A stretch of 64,000 bases of DNA from Oscillospiraceae bacterium (GCA_051886995.1 JBJEYS010000173.1:1508-65507), one strand, 5' to 3'; counted from the first letter of the stretch, positions 17,620 through 27,900 are shown. The notes: a model not told the origin generated them from the letters alone. A program made the numbers and translations.

Positions 17620-18996
17620 ATGGTACAGGAACCGTCAAAAACCTTCACCAATGATTTCACCACGGGGCCTGTCTTTCGGAAGCTGGTCACGTTTGCCATT
17701 CCCCTGTTTTTGTCCAACCTGCTCCAGGCAGTCTACAGCATGGTGGACATGGCCGTGGTGGGCCAGGTGGTGGGTGAGACCGGCCTGTCCGGACTGACCG
17801 TCGGCGGCGATGTGCTCTCCCTGCTGACCTTCCTGTGCCAGGGCTTTGCCGGCGCTGGCGAGATTATCATCGCCCAGTATCTCGGCGCCAGGCTGCGGGA
17901 CCGTCTCTCCCGCTTCATTGGCACCATGGTCTCTTTCATGTTCCTCTGCGCCGTCGGCGTCGGAGCGCTCTGCCTGCTTCTGCGCCGGCCGATCCTGAGC
18001 CTGATGAACACCCCTGCCGAGGCCTGGGATCAGGCCCTGTCCTACGCCACGACCTGTATGTGCGGCCTGATCTTCATTTACGGCTACAACACCGTCAGCG
18101 CTATTTTGCGCGGCATGGGCGATTCCAAGCGCCCCTTCCTGTTCATTACCGTTGCCTCTGTCATCAACCTGATTCTGGATCTGGTCTTTGTGGCCGGGTT
18201 TGGCTGGGAAGCCTTCGGCGCGGCTTTGGCTACCGTCATCGCCCAGGCGGTCAGCTTCCTGACCTCTCTGATCTATCTTTACAGAAAGCGGGAACAGTTT
18301 GGGTTTGCCCTTGCCCCCAGCCACTTCCGAATCCGCAAGGCCGAGCTTGTCCCCCTGGTGAAGCTGGGTGTGCCCATGGCCATCCGCTATGCCGCCATCC
18401 TCTTTTCCCGGATTGTCGTCAACGCCTGGATCAACGATTACGGCGTGACCGTCTCCGCCGTTTCCGGCATCGCGAGCAAGGTGGATATGGTCGGCATCAA
18501 TATGGGCCACGCCGTCGCCACGGCGAGCAGCGCCATGGTGGGGCAGAATATCGGGGCGGAAAACCACGACCGGGTCAAGCGCGTGCTGAAGTCCTCCTTC
18601 CTGCTGAACGCCATCTGCTTTTCCATAGTGATCCTTGTGATCGTCTGCTTCCCCCGGACTGTGTTCGGCATTTTTACCGGCGACCCCAACGTACTGCTGG
18701 TCTGCATGGAATACGTCCCCGTGTCGGTGACCAACCTGGTCTGCAGCGCCCTGCGCGACTCCATGAACGGCTTTGCCAGCGGCTGCGGCAATTACAAGTT
18801 CAATTTCGCCGTGGCCATCATGGACGGCGTCGTGGGCCGTATCGGTCTTTCCTTCCTGCTGGGTCTGGCTTTGGGGCTGGGCTACTTTGGCTTCTGGATG
18901 GGCAGCGCCATCGCCGGCGTGGTACCCTTTATCCTGGGTTCGATCTATTACCTGTCCGGCCGCTGGAAGAAAAAGTCCGCGCTGGTTTCAGAATAG
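17620..18996 (+). CDS. MATE family efflux transporter
   Basis: 458 aa, 12 predicted TM segments, N-terminal LVTFAIPLFLSNLLQAVYSMVDMAVVGQ motif typical of MATE/NorM. Confidence 0.85.
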   Translation: MVQEPSKTFTNDFTTGPVFRKLVTFAIPLFLSNLLQAVYSMVDMAVVGQVVGETGLSGLTVGGDVLSLLTFLCQGFAGAGEIIIAQYLGARLRDRLSRFIGTMVSFMFLCAVGVGALCLLLRRPILSLMNTPAEAWDQALSYATTCMCGLIFIYGYNTVSAILRGMGDSKRPFLFITVASVINLILDLVFVAGFGWEAFGAALATVIAQAVSFLTSLIYLYRKREQFGFALAPSHFRIRKAELVPLVKLGVPMAIRYAAILFSRIVVNAWINDYGVTVSAVSGIASKVDMVGINMGHAVATASSAMVGQNIGAENHDRVKRVLKSSFLLNAICFSIVILVIVCFPRTVFGIFTGDPNVLLVCMEYVPVSVTNLVCSALRDSMNGFASGCGNYKFNFAVAIMDGVVGRIGLSFLLGLALGLGYFGFWMGSAIAGVVPFILGSIYYLSGRWKKKSALVSE

Positions 18997-19002
18997 GGAG
19001 AT

Positions 19003-19036
19003 CCGAAAAAAATTTGGCGGGCTGTCCCCGTGGACA
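19003..19036. terminator. Bidirectional intrinsic terminator (MATE / isomerase genes converge)
   Basis: TTTGGCGGGCTGTCC-ccgt-GGACAGCCCGCCAAA. Confidence 0.65.
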
Positions 19037-19060
19037 GCCCGCCAAACGCGGTAGGATCCG

Positions 19061-19750
19061 TCAATCTCTTGCCGAAGGGTATTCGTTGCACAGCAGGCGG
19101 TAGGGCGGCTCATCCTCTTCGATGGCGGGGAACCGTCCCAAAGACTCCAGAAAACGGTTGTCCGTGTTGTCGTCGTTGCACATGGAGACCTCGCCGATCA
19201 GAGCCGGGCCTTTGCCGTTTTGGGGAACGCTGAATTCGTGATAGCAATAGGGCTCCAGAGTCAGGCTTTCTCCCGGCTTCAGGATTACCTCGCTGCCGGC
19301 GGGGACGGTGTAGCAGCAGCCGTCCCGGAAAATTTTCACGTCCGTATCGGCCAGCCCCTCCGTCTCCCGGTCGGCGTTATACAGACGGAACACAACGTCG
19401 TTTCCACCGCGGTTGATGATGTCCTCCATCTTGGTCCAGTGGAAGTGCATGGGGGAGATCTGGCCCTCATCGAGCATCATGATCTTCTCGGCATAGGTCT
19501 TGATGTACTTCGGATCCTTCACATTTCCGTTGCGCAGGGTGATCAGGGCCAGCCCCAGCGCGTCAAAATGGCCCATGCCGTAGTCGGTCACATCCCAACC
19601 CAGCATATTTTCGCGGATCTCATCGTACGCGTGGCCCTTGCTCTCCCACTCCCCGGCGGTGAAGGACAGGTAAGGGGGCAAAGCAAAGCTGTATTGTTCC
19701 AGCAGCGCTTCAAATTTTTTGATCACAGCGTTGATTTCAGAACGTTTCAC
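19061..19750 (-). CDS. D-lyxose/D-mannose-type sugar isomerase (cupin, YdaE-like)
   Basis: GTG start at 19750, 8 nt after GAGAGGAG (the track ORF extends to 19807). KRSEINAVIKKFEALL..., MHFHWTKMEDIINRGGG-like metal motif, EPYCYHEF. Confidence 0.7.
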   Translation of the reverse strand: MKRSEINAVIKKFEALLEQYSFALPPYLSFTAGEWESKGHAYDEIRENMLGWDVTDYGMGHFDALGLALITLRNGNVKDPKYIKTYAEKIMMLDEGQISPMHFHWTKMEDIINRGGNDVVFRLYNADRETEGLADTDVKIFRDGCCYTVPAGSEVILKPGESLTLEPYCYHEFSVPQNGKGPALIGEVSMCNDDNTDNRFLESLGRFPAIEEDEPPYRLLCNEYPSARD

Positions 19751-19924
19751 GGGATCGTCTCCTCTCGTTGAAGGACAAGGCAGCCCTTCATCAAAATGCG
19801 AACACAATCATAACGCGGGTGAAAGAGGATGTCAAGGCCGGGGCAAAGCGGTCCCGGATCCGCGTACTCTTACCGGTTGTTAAAACAGGAAAACCATAGG
19901 AGTTTCAGAAAGAGGGTGCAAATT

Positions 19925-20863
19925 ATGATGAATTTGGCGTGTGTCGGTGAGATGCTCATCGACTTTCTTCCCGGCACGGAAGAAGGAAGCTATATCCGCA
20001 AGGCCGGAGGTGCCCCTGCGAATGTGGCAGTCGCGGTGGCCCGCAATGGTCTGGAGGTCGGCTTCTGCGGCCGCATGGGCAACGACGATTTCGGAAAGTT
20101 CCTTGTCAGCACGCTGAAAGAAAACAAGGTAAAGGTTCTCTGCCCCGCGCTGGTGGACGAGGCTGTGACGACCATGGCGTTCGTTTTCCTGAACGCGGAA
20201 GGGGACCGGAGCTTTACCTTCGCCCGGAAACCGGGGGCCGATATGTTCCTGACCCGGGCAGATGTGGATGCCGCCAATGTGGTTCAGGCGGACATGGTAC
20301 ACGCCGGCTCCTGTTCCCTGTCCAAAGGCCCCGCGGCCGACGCCACCCGCTACGCGCTGGAGTCGGCCGCCAAGGCGGGCAAGCTGGTCAGCTTCGACGT
20401 CAACTACCGCAATCTGATGTGGGACGACGACCGGGACGCGTGCATCAGCGCGGTGAAGGAGATCCTGCCTTTTGTGGATTTTCTGAAAATATCCGAGGAA
20501 GAGGAAGACATGCTGGGGCTTCCGCCGGAGCAGGCCGTGAAAGCCTACAACATCGCCGTTCTGGTGGAGACACTGGGCAGCGAAGGCGCGCGCTGCTATT
20601 ATCAGGGCAGGATCTTTACCGTGCCCGGGCGGAAAGCAGTTTGCGTGGACGCCACCGGCGCCGGCGACGCCTTCTGGGGCGGTTTTCTATCCTGCCTGCT
20701 CCGCGGCAATGTTGCCTCCCCGGCGGATCTGACGGAAGATCTGGTGCGCCGGGCACTCCGATACGGCAACGTGGCCGGCTGGCTGTGCGTGCAGAAGAAG
20801 GGTGCGATGGAGTCGCTTCCCACCACTGCGGAGATTCAGGCGATCATGGAAACAGAAGACTGA
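19925..20863 (+). CDS. PfkB-family carbohydrate kinase (fructokinase-like)
   Basis: Start at ATG 19925 (MMNLACVGEMLIDFLP). C-terminal DATGAGDAFWGGFL PfkB signature. Confidence 0.85.
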   Translation: MMNLACVGEMLIDFLPGTEEGSYIRKAGGAPANVAVAVARNGLEVGFCGRMGNDDFGKFLVSTLKENKVKVLCPALVDEAVTTMAFVFLNAEGDRSFTFARKPGADMFLTRADVDAANVVQADMVHAGSCSLSKGPAADATRYALESAAKAGKLVSFDVNYRNLMWDDDRDACISAVKEILPFVDFLKISEEEEDMLGLPPEQAVKAYNIAVLVETLGSEGARCYYQGRIFTVPGRKAVCVDATGAGDAFWGGFLSCLLRGNVASPADLTEDLVRRALRYGNVAGWLCVQKKGAMESLPTTAEIQAIMETED

Positions 20864-20873
20864 TACACAGCGA

Positions 20874-20912
20874 AACAGACAGGCCTGTCATGTTCGGGCC
20901 TGTCTGTTTTTC
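20874..20912. terminator. Intrinsic terminator after the PfkB kinase gene
   Basis: AACAGACAGGCC-n11-GGCCTGTCTGTT followed by TTTTC. Confidence 0.7.
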
Positions 20913-20923
20913 TCTGGCGGGTT

Positions 20924-21835
20924 TTACGGCTCCCGCTGACCAAACTCTTCCTGGTATGTCCTGATAAACTTCAGCGCCCCGTCGGACAGCCGGGTATGCT
21001 TCAGATAGCAAAGGCTGATCCGTGTGCTTGTAACAGGGCGGACCTCCAGCACCTTAATGCCGGTGTGACTGGGGCGGTTTTCTTCCACATGCTTGTCCAT
21101 AAGCAGGGCTGTGCCCATGCCAAGCCTGACACAATCAATGATGTGGTCGATGTTGTGGTCTGTCAGGACCAGATTGGGTTCAAACCCCGCTTTTTCGCAG
21201 GCGGCGCAGACAATCTCACAAATGATCGTCTCGCGCGAAAGCGTGATGATATCCTGATTTATGAATTCTGACAGATGGATCGAATCATATTCGGCAAAGG
21301 GGTGGGAATCCGGAACCACGGCGATCAGATGATCGGAGGTCAGCGGAAGACTGACAATGTCGTCGCTGCCGTCGCTTTGCTCAAACTCCTGCTCCCGGGC
21401 GAAGGCTACCTCGCAGTCACGCCGCAGGAGCATATCGATCACGCTGACGTTGTAGCTCGGAATGATGTTCATTTTGATCTTCGGGTTCTTCTCCCGGAAT
21501 CGCGTTAAAACGGTCGTGATGCCGTAATAGGCCATGGCGGGAATGGTGCCGATGCGGAGGGCGGAATGCTGCTCCTGCTTTTCCGCCATCAGCTCGCTGG
21601 TAAACTGGTTGTGAAGCTCAACGATCTGCTTGGCATAGGGGAAGAGCATATTCCCGTATTTGCTGAGTTTGGAGCTGCGGGTCGTTCGCTCAAAGAGCGG
21701 GACGCCCAGCTCCGCCTCAAGATTTTTGATGTGTCTGGAAAGCGTCGGCTGAGAAATAAACAAAATATCCGCAGCGTTCAGAAAGGTTTTGGACTGCGCC
21801 AGCACTGTGAATTCCTGAAGAAGATTAATGTCCAT
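20924..21835 (-). CDS. LysR-family transcriptional regulator
   Basis: Start moved to ATG 21835 (MDINLLQEFTVLAQSKTFLNAADILFISQPTLSRHIKNLEAELGVPLFER); the track ORF runs to 22027. Divergent from the hydrolase gene at 22057. Confidence 0.85.
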   Translation of the reverse strand: MDINLLQEFTVLAQSKTFLNAADILFISQPTLSRHIKNLEAELGVPLFERTTRSSKLSKYGNMLFPYAKQIVELHNQFTSELMAEKQEQHSALRIGTIPAMAYYGITTVLTRFREKNPKIKMNIIPSYNVSVIDMLLRRDCEVAFAREQEFEQSDGSDDIVSLPLTSDHLIAVVPDSHPFAEYDSIHLSEFINQDIITLSRETIICEIVCAACEKAGFEPNLVLTDHNIDHIIDCVRLGMGTALLMDKHVEENRPSHTGIKVLEVRPVTSTRISLCYLKHTRLSDGALKFIRTYQEEFGQREP

Positions 21836-22056
21836 ATGGAAGCACCTCGTATGAACGATCGCCGATCCGGCATCGTGCAAATGTACGGAATGTACAGTTT
21901 CATCATAGCAGATTAAGCCGATGTCGTCAAAAGGTTTATACGAGTTCATTATAGCACATTGCATGGATATGAATTGATTGCCGCCTGCTCCCGTGGTAAA
22001 ATACGATAAAAATCGGATCATATGCAACGAACAGATTTGAATGGGAGGGGCTTCCT

Positions 22057-23319
22057 ATGAACCAGGAACTATACCGTGCGGCGTTTGTGCGTCCGAGTCC
22101 CCGTATGCCGGGCGTGCTCTATGAACCCGTGACCAAGGGGGACAAGAGCCATATCGGAGTCCTTGTCATGCATTCGGACAATGACTATCTGGATCAGTCC
22201 ACCGGCCCTGAGCTGGCCAAACGCGGATATACCGTCCTCTGCGCGAATCCGTCTGATGGGTCGGCGAGCCTTTCCGTGAAGGTGTGCGATGTCAAACAGT
22301 GCCTGGAGCTTCTGAAGCATCTGGATGGAATTGAAAAGATCGTCTTGATGGGGCATAGCGGCGGTGCGACCCTGATGTCAGCCTATCAGAACCTGGCCGA
22401 AAACGGCGTTAAGACCTTCCAGGGGCCTGAAAAACTGATCAAGTTTCCCGACTTTCCGGATGGGTTCCCTCCGGCTGACGGACTGATGTGCCTGGATTCC
22501 AACTGGGGCAACGGCGCCATGCGGCTGTTCGGTGTTGATCCGGCGATCGTTGAAGAGGGCAACGCGCTGGTCATCAACGAGTCCCTGAATATGTTCAATC
22601 CCGCCAATGGCTACAGCCCGGAGGGCTGCACCTACTCCGAGGAGTTCCTGAAGCGCTTTTTCAAGGCTCAGAGCGACCGGAACAATCGCCTCATTGACTA
22701 CGCCCTGGAACGACTGGCTGCGATCGAGGCCGGCAAGGGCATGTATGCTGACGACGAGCCGATGATCATTGCGGGCTCGTCCAATATCGGCCCGAACAAT
22801 AAGCTCTTCCCGCAGGATCCCCGTCTCCTGAGCCGGACCAAAGAGGCCCGCACCCTGCTCCACAAGGATGGCGTGATCACCAACGAGATAGTCCATACCG
22901 TCCGAAAGCCGAAGCACCTGCACTCCTGGACCGGGACTCTGGCCATGGGTGCCCTGAACACCACGGTCAAGAAGTTCCTGGACTATTTTGCGGTGCGTTC
23001 TCTGGACGGGTACGGCTATGACGCCTGCGAGGTCCACGGGATCGACTGGAAGTCCAGCTATAACTGCACGCCGGGCAACGTCATGGGCATTACAAGCCCC
23101 ATGCTGATCGTGGCCATGACCGCGGGCTACGAATTCTCGGCGGCCGAGACCATCTACAACAACGCCGCAAGCGCCGACAAGACCATCGCGTTTGTCGAAG
23201 GCGCGAACCATGATTTCTTCCCGGAAAAGGAATGTGAGCGGTTTGAGGGCGAGTTCGGCGACACGGTCAAGACCCTCTTTGACTATGTGGATCAGTGGCT
23301 CAGCGCAAGATTTTTATAA
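22057..23319 (+). CDS. Alpha/beta hydrolase, unknown specificity
   Basis: 420 aa. GHSGG nucleophile elbow (IVLMGHSGGATL). Confidence 0.7.
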   Translation: MNQELYRAAFVRPSPRMPGVLYEPVTKGDKSHIGVLVMHSDNDYLDQSTGPELAKRGYTVLCANPSDGSASLSVKVCDVKQCLELLKHLDGIEKIVLMGHSGGATLMSAYQNLAENGVKTFQGPEKLIKFPDFPDGFPPADGLMCLDSNWGNGAMRLFGVDPAIVEEGNALVINESLNMFNPANGYSPEGCTYSEEFLKRFFKAQSDRNNRLIDYALERLAAIEAGKGMYADDEPMIIAGSSNIGPNNKLFPQDPRLLSRTKEARTLLHKDGVITNEIVHTVRKPKHLHSWTGTLAMGALNTTVKKFLDYFAVRSLDGYGYDACEVHGIDWKSSYNCTPGNVMGITSPMLIVAMTAGYEFSAAETIYNNAASADKTIAFVEGANHDFFPEKECERFEGEFGDTVKTLFDYVDQWLSARFL

Positions 23320-23329
23320 TTTGTCAATG

Positions 23330-23366
23330 AAAAACCGGTGTGTGCCGCGGCACACACCGGTTTTTT
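23330..23366. terminator. Bidirectional intrinsic terminator
   Basis: AAAAACCGGTGTGTGCC-GC-GGCACACACCGGTTTTTT between convergent genes. Confidence 0.75.
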
Positions 23367-23373
23367 GTTTGGT

Positions 23374-25692
23374 TCAATCGCTCAACCCCAGGAGCCGGTC
23401 GTTGTTGGCGCAGCCGCAGCCCCAGACCTTGCCGTTTTCGTCCAGCATCAGGCTGTAGTTATAACCGGCCTTAATATCGACGATCTTCGGCAGCCCCGGG
23501 ATCACCTCGGGAATGCCCCGGTCCTTCATGTCGCCGTGGCCGAGGACGCCCTCTCCCATGACGTGGTTGTAGCCCCAGGACCAGACCCTGCCGTCTTTGT
23601 CCAGCGCCAGCGTATGGTTCATGCCGCAGGAGATGGACACGATGTCCTTCAGCGTTTCCACCTTGGCGGGAATGATGCGGTACACATCGTCGCCCATGCC
23701 CAGGTCGCCGTGGCGGTTCCAGCCCCAGCCGTACACCTCGCCGTCGTGGGTCAGGGCGAAGGCGAAGCAGCGGGCGATGCCCATCTGCTTGATATTTTCC
23801 AGCGGCTCGCCCTGCTCGGTCCGGATGACCAGGCTGGGCTTCTTGGGCGCCGGGCCGTGGCCTTCTCTGCCATCGCCGCGCTGGCCGTACTCGCCGTTGC
23901 CGCCGGCCCAGAAGGTGCCGTCGTCTTTCCCGACAAAGTATGTGCGCATGCCGGACTGGATGGAGACCGCTCCGGTAAATTCATGGACGCCGTCGCCGCT
24001 GAGGATGGGCTTGGCGAGGGCGGATTTCATGTAGGTGTTGTCGCACAGCTGGCCCGTGCTGTTGTCGCCGCAGGCCCACACGGTTCCGTCCGCGCGCAGG
24101 GCCAAAAGCACGTTGGTGCCCGTGGCAATGTCCACCACGTCGGTCAGCCCCTTGACCTGCTGCAGGCCGACCGCGCGGACAGTCTCGCCGATGCCCAGCT
24201 GTCCCTTGGCGTTCTCGCCGCAGGTCAGGACGGTGCCGTCCTCCAGGAGAATGGCCGAGAAGTTGTTGCCGGCGCTGACCTTTTTGACTTTGTCAGATTT
24301 CAGGACCAAAACGGGCTTCCCGCTGGTCACAAGCAGCTCTTCCTTGGAGACGCCCAGCTGACCGTTGACGTTGCTGCCCCAGCCGTACACTCCGTCGTCC
24401 GTCAGGACCAGTGTGTGGCGGTTGCCGGCGCTGATCTGCCTGCAGGCAAGGTCCACGGGAAGCATGGCAGGGGAGAGGACGTGCTTAATGTTCGTCTCCG
24501 CCTCGGAGTCGTCGTAGTTTTCATTGACGTGGCTGACCAGCCAGTCCCGAACCACCTGGTTGGGGTAAACCTGCTTCCAGCCGTAATGGGCCCACTCCTC
24601 ACCCAGGGTCCCTTCCGCAAATTGGGTGTGGCGGATGTGGGCGTCCTTTTTGAGAGATTCGGCTGCGAAGGCCTCCAGCTCTTCTTTGGGGAGGCTCCCG
24701 TCGACGAACTCGCGGACGACCTTGGCCCCTTCCAGCTCAAAGCTGTTCATGATCTCGGCGATGCCCTCGGCGGACTTGTCGTCGTTCTCCGCATTCCACG
24801 CCCAGATGGGCTTGTCCTTCAGAACGCCCACGCGCTCGTAATCGCCCTGGCCGACGGTGCACAGCATGGCCGCAAACATATGGGGATACCTGTAGTTGAT
24901 CAGCCAGCAGCACATGGCGCCCATGGACATTCCCGAGGCGTACATTCTCCGCGTGTCGATGGGGCAGGTTTCCGTGTAGGCCTTGACGAGCCTGTAGACT
25001 ACCGGCAGGAATTTGCCCGCTTCATAGGTATCGGGGTCGATCCAGTTGTGCTCCGGGAAGGGATACTGGGGCGCCAGCACGAAGCATTTGAACCGCTCCT
25101 GCTGCTGCTTTTCCGCCCACATGGGCGCGCCTTGCGTGCGCAGGATGTGCATATAGTTGTCATCGCCCATTTCGGCACCGCCGTGAAAAAACAGGATCAG
25201 GCCCGCCTGCTCGCCCTCTTTCAAGTCCGGGGCGTACATACGGTAGGGCATATCAATTCCGGTCTCCACATCATGGAACGTCAGCACTTCAAAATCATCT
25301 GCAATATCGTTGATGACCTGGGTGGAACGGATGCTTTCGCCCCATGCCGGGATGTCCGCGCCGCTGCACGTCCTGATACCGGCGATCTGCCGGACGACCA
25401 CATGTACATCGGTCAACCGGGCCCGGTTCGTCCCCGGGATCGGCTCGAGGACATCGGCCAATGCTTCGTCGGGGTCGAGCTCGATGATGACATAATTTCC
25501 GCCTCCCCGGTGCCCGCGTGCGGGTTTCAGTCCCGCATAGACGTCCGTCACGGTTCTGTTCTCGACCGCGAAGCAGTCCTTCGTCACGCTTTTCGGGTCA
25601 AGCGCCTCGGAAAAACGGACAATCGCCGCGGTACAGCGCTGCCCGTCCGGCATCACCTGTGTAAATGCAATGACTTTCTGAACAATGGCCAT
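23374..25692 (-). CDS. Fusion protein: Ig-like N-domain + alpha/beta esterase + 7-bladed RCC1-repeat beta-propeller
   Basis: 772 aa. Esterase part: HGG oxyanion motif (ILFFHGGAEMG) and GMSMG nucleophile elbow. C-terminal roughly 380 aa (about 23377-24510) carries seven RCC1-like repeats (YGWGSNVNGQLG, CGENAKGQLGIG, CGDNSTGQLC, GGNGEYGQRGDG, YGWGWNRHGDLGMG, WSWGYNHVMGEGVLGHG, WGCGCANNDRLLG). Confidence 0.8.
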   Translation of the reverse strand: MAIVQKVIAFTQVMPDGQRCTAAIVRFSEALDPKSVTKDCFAVENRTVTDVYAGLKPARGHRGGGNYVIIELDPDEALADVLEPIPGTNRARLTDVHVVVRQIAGIRTCSGADIPAWGESIRSTQVINDIADDFEVLTFHDVETGIDMPYRMYAPDLKEGEQAGLILFFHGGAEMGDDNYMHILRTQGAPMWAEKQQQERFKCFVLAPQYPFPEHNWIDPDTYEAGKFLPVVYRLVKAYTETCPIDTRRMYASGMSMGAMCCWLINYRYPHMFAAMLCTVGQGDYERVGVLKDKPIWAWNAENDDKSAEGIAEIMNSFELEGAKVVREFVDGSLPKEELEAFAAESLKKDAHIRHTQFAEGTLGEEWAHYGWKQVYPNQVVRDWLVSHVNENYDDSEAETNIKHVLSPAMLPVDLACRQISAGNRHTLVLTDDGVYGWGSNVNGQLGVSKEELLVTSGKPVLVLKSDKVKKVSAGNNFSAILLEDGTVLTCGENAKGQLGIGETVRAVGLQQVKGLTDVVDIATGTNVLLALRADGTVWACGDNSTGQLCDNTYMKSALAKPILSGDGVHEFTGAVSIQSGMRTYFVGKDDGTFWAGGNGEYGQRGDGREGHGPAPKKPSLVIRTEQGEPLENIKQMGIARCFAFALTHDGEVYGWGWNRHGDLGMGDDVYRIIPAKVETLKDIVSISCGMNHTLALDKDGRVWSWGYNHVMGEGVLGHGDMKDRGIPEVIPGLPKIVDIKAGYNYSLMLDENGKVWGCGCANNDRLLGLSD

Positions 25693-26075
25693 CTTGCCTG
25701 TATACCTCCTTTAATGAGTCGAATTTCCAGTCTGGCTCGCAACAATCAGCCGCATGGGGCGTGTGGAATTGCCGAAGAGACCGCGCTGCGCAGTCTTGTT
25801 TTGATACCTCATTATAATCATGCTGATCTTTTATAATCAATTCATTCTCTTCGATCACTTATTTGTTTTTCATATAGATGCGGAATAATGTTGCATAAAA
25901 CAAGGGCCGATTTTGCGTCCAAGTTTATTGAAAAGTGAATAAATGCAGAGTAAAATGATGTTGCGTTAGATTGAACCGTCAAGGGCGGATTCAATTTGCA
26001 TACTACGTTCGCCGTTTCGATCCAGTATGAGCGGCGCCGTATTATGAAAAATTATCAGGAAAAGGAGTAACAAAA

Positions 26076-27686
26076 ATGAAAAAGATCATCGCTCTGCTTC
26101 TGGCTCTCGTCATGATGTTCGGCCTGGTTGCCTGCAGTAATTCCACTGCTGACAACTCCAAGACCTCTGACAATGCCAACGTCTCAGACAATGCCAACAC
26201 TCCCAACACCCCTGACAACTCCGGCGCTTCCCGCGACGCGGACGGAAACGGCCGTATTGATAAGGTCTACTCCGCTCTGCCCGCAGACCCCGTGAACCTG
26301 CTGCCCTGGGACTCCAAGGGCAACCAGCGCAAAATCTTCTACGCTGCCATCTATGATACTCTGTTTGATTTTATCAACGGCGAGTACGTTCCCAATGTGG
26401 CCACCGGCTACACTGTGGTTGATGACCTGCACTGGGAAGTCAAGATCCATGACAATGTCAAGGACTGGGAGGGCAACCCCCTGAATGCCCACGACATCGT
26501 ATTCTGCTATGAAAACTATGTCAACTCCGGCTTCGCCGTGAAGTTTGACAACTTCGCCGGCGTCGAGGCGACCGATGATTACACCCTGCTGTTCACCTGG
26601 AACAAGCCCAACACCGCGGTTGCCGGCCTGGACCACGTCCTGTGCAACGTCCAGCTGTACACTGAGGCAGCCTGGGATCAGGACAAGTTCGCCACCTCTC
26701 CTGTCGCCACCGGCCCGTACAAGCTGGTCGAGTACGTCAGCGGCTCCAAGGTGGTCGTGGAAGTGAACGAGGACTATTGGAACGACAATCCCACCGAGAT
26801 GCGCCTGCAGAACGCCGACGTGATTGAGTACCCCATCATCCTTGAAGGCGCGCAGAACGTGATCAGCCTGCAGAACGGCAAGCTGGACATCAGCTCCAAT
26901 ATCCCCGCCGAGAACTTTGAGGAGTTTGCTGCTGACTCCAACTATTACACCGCTTCCGTTCCCACCAACGAGATCTATGTCATGCTGGTCAACTGTGAGA
27001 CCATCCCCGATGCCAACATGCGCAAGGCTCTGTTCTACGCCATCGACAGCGAGGCCCTGTCCACCATCATCAACGGTTCTTCTCCCACCAAGGCGTATGG
27101 CTCCCCCGCTTCCCCCGACTATGTCGATGCCTGGGAAGACATGGAGACCTATTACAACACCTATGATGTGGATAAGGCCAAGGCCCTGCTGGCAGACAGC
27201 TCCTACAGCGGCGAGACTCTGCACATGACCTGCCTGAACGAGGAAGCTTACAAGAACATGGCCACCATGGTTCAGGTTTTCTGGGAGCAGATCGGTGTCA
27301 AGTCTGAGATCGAGACCATCGACAGCGCGATCCAGAGCGCTTACAGCACCGATTCCTCCAAGTGGGACATCAACATCACCAACGCCGGCGGTTCCTTCAT
27401 CGTCAACTCCATGAACCGCTTGTACAACACCACCGACTTCGGCGGCGAGTACTCCAACGGCTTCGTGGTGGACCAGAAGCTGTGGGATCTGTTCGGCAAG
27501 GCCAACAACGCCGAGACCTGGGGCGAAGATACTCTGACCGATATGTATCAGTATATTACCGATATGGGCTATCACTACGTGCTGATGTACATGAACTCCT
27601 CCGCAGTGGCCTCCAACGCCGTGTCCGGTTTCTATTACTGGGACAGCGTCATCCTGCCGCACTGCTGCACCTATAACCTCGGCTGA
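26076..27686 (+). CDS. ABC transporter substrate-binding lipoprotein, family 5 (peptide/opine/nickel type)
   Basis: 536 aa. Lipobox MMFGLVAC, low-complexity linker, family-5 SBP length and motifs. First gene of a 5-gene ABC operon. Confidence 0.85.
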   Translation: MKKIIALLLALVMMFGLVACSNSTADNSKTSDNANVSDNANTPNTPDNSGASRDADGNGRIDKVYSALPADPVNLLPWDSKGNQRKIFYAAIYDTLFDFINGEYVPNVATGYTVVDDLHWEVKIHDNVKDWEGNPLNAHDIVFCYENYVNSGFAVKFDNFAGVEATDDYTLLFTWNKPNTAVAGLDHVLCNVQLYTEAAWDQDKFATSPVATGPYKLVEYVSGSKVVVEVNEDYWNDNPTEMRLQNADVIEYPIILEGAQNVISLQNGKLDISSNIPAENFEEFAADSNYYTASVPTNEIYVMLVNCETIPDANMRKALFYAIDSEALSTIINGSSPTKAYGSPASPDYVDAWEDMETYYNTYDVDKAKALLADSSYSGETLHMTCLNEEAYKNMATMVQVFWEQIGVKSEIETIDSAIQSAYSTDSSKWDINITNAGGSFIVNSMNRLYNTTDFGGEYSNGFVVDQKLWDLFGKANNAETWGEDTLTDMYQYITDMGYHYVLMYMNSSAVASNAVSGFYYWDSVILPHCCTYNLG

Positions 27687-27733
27687 TTTCCTGTGAAGCA
27701 ACGCATCGTCAGTATGCAGTAACATGATGACCG

Positions 27734-27765
27734 ACCCCCTCCGGCGGTACCGTCGGAGGGGGTTT
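27734..27765 (+). terminator. Stem-loop after the SBP gene (partial terminator or mRNA stabiliser)
   Basis: ACCCCCTCCGGCG-gtac-CGTCGGAGGGGGT, a 13-bp stem with a short T-run. A hairpin after the SBP gene is common in ABC importer operons. Confidence 0.4.
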
Positions 27766-27900
27766 GGCGAATATCTGTGCTGCTCCCAACACGGTGTCTG
27801 CGTTGAACGGACATTTTCCCCGCGTGTGTATGCAAAGCAGATACGTTCGGGCAAATCAAGAATCATCCACCTCAGACCATGTACGTTGAGGAGTCTCGCT

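Noticed and set aside
23338-25836. 832-aa plus-strand ORF
   Set aside because: It is antisense to the esterase-RCC1 gene, which has GxSxG and seven RCC1 signatures. The ORF starts inside a terminator hairpin.
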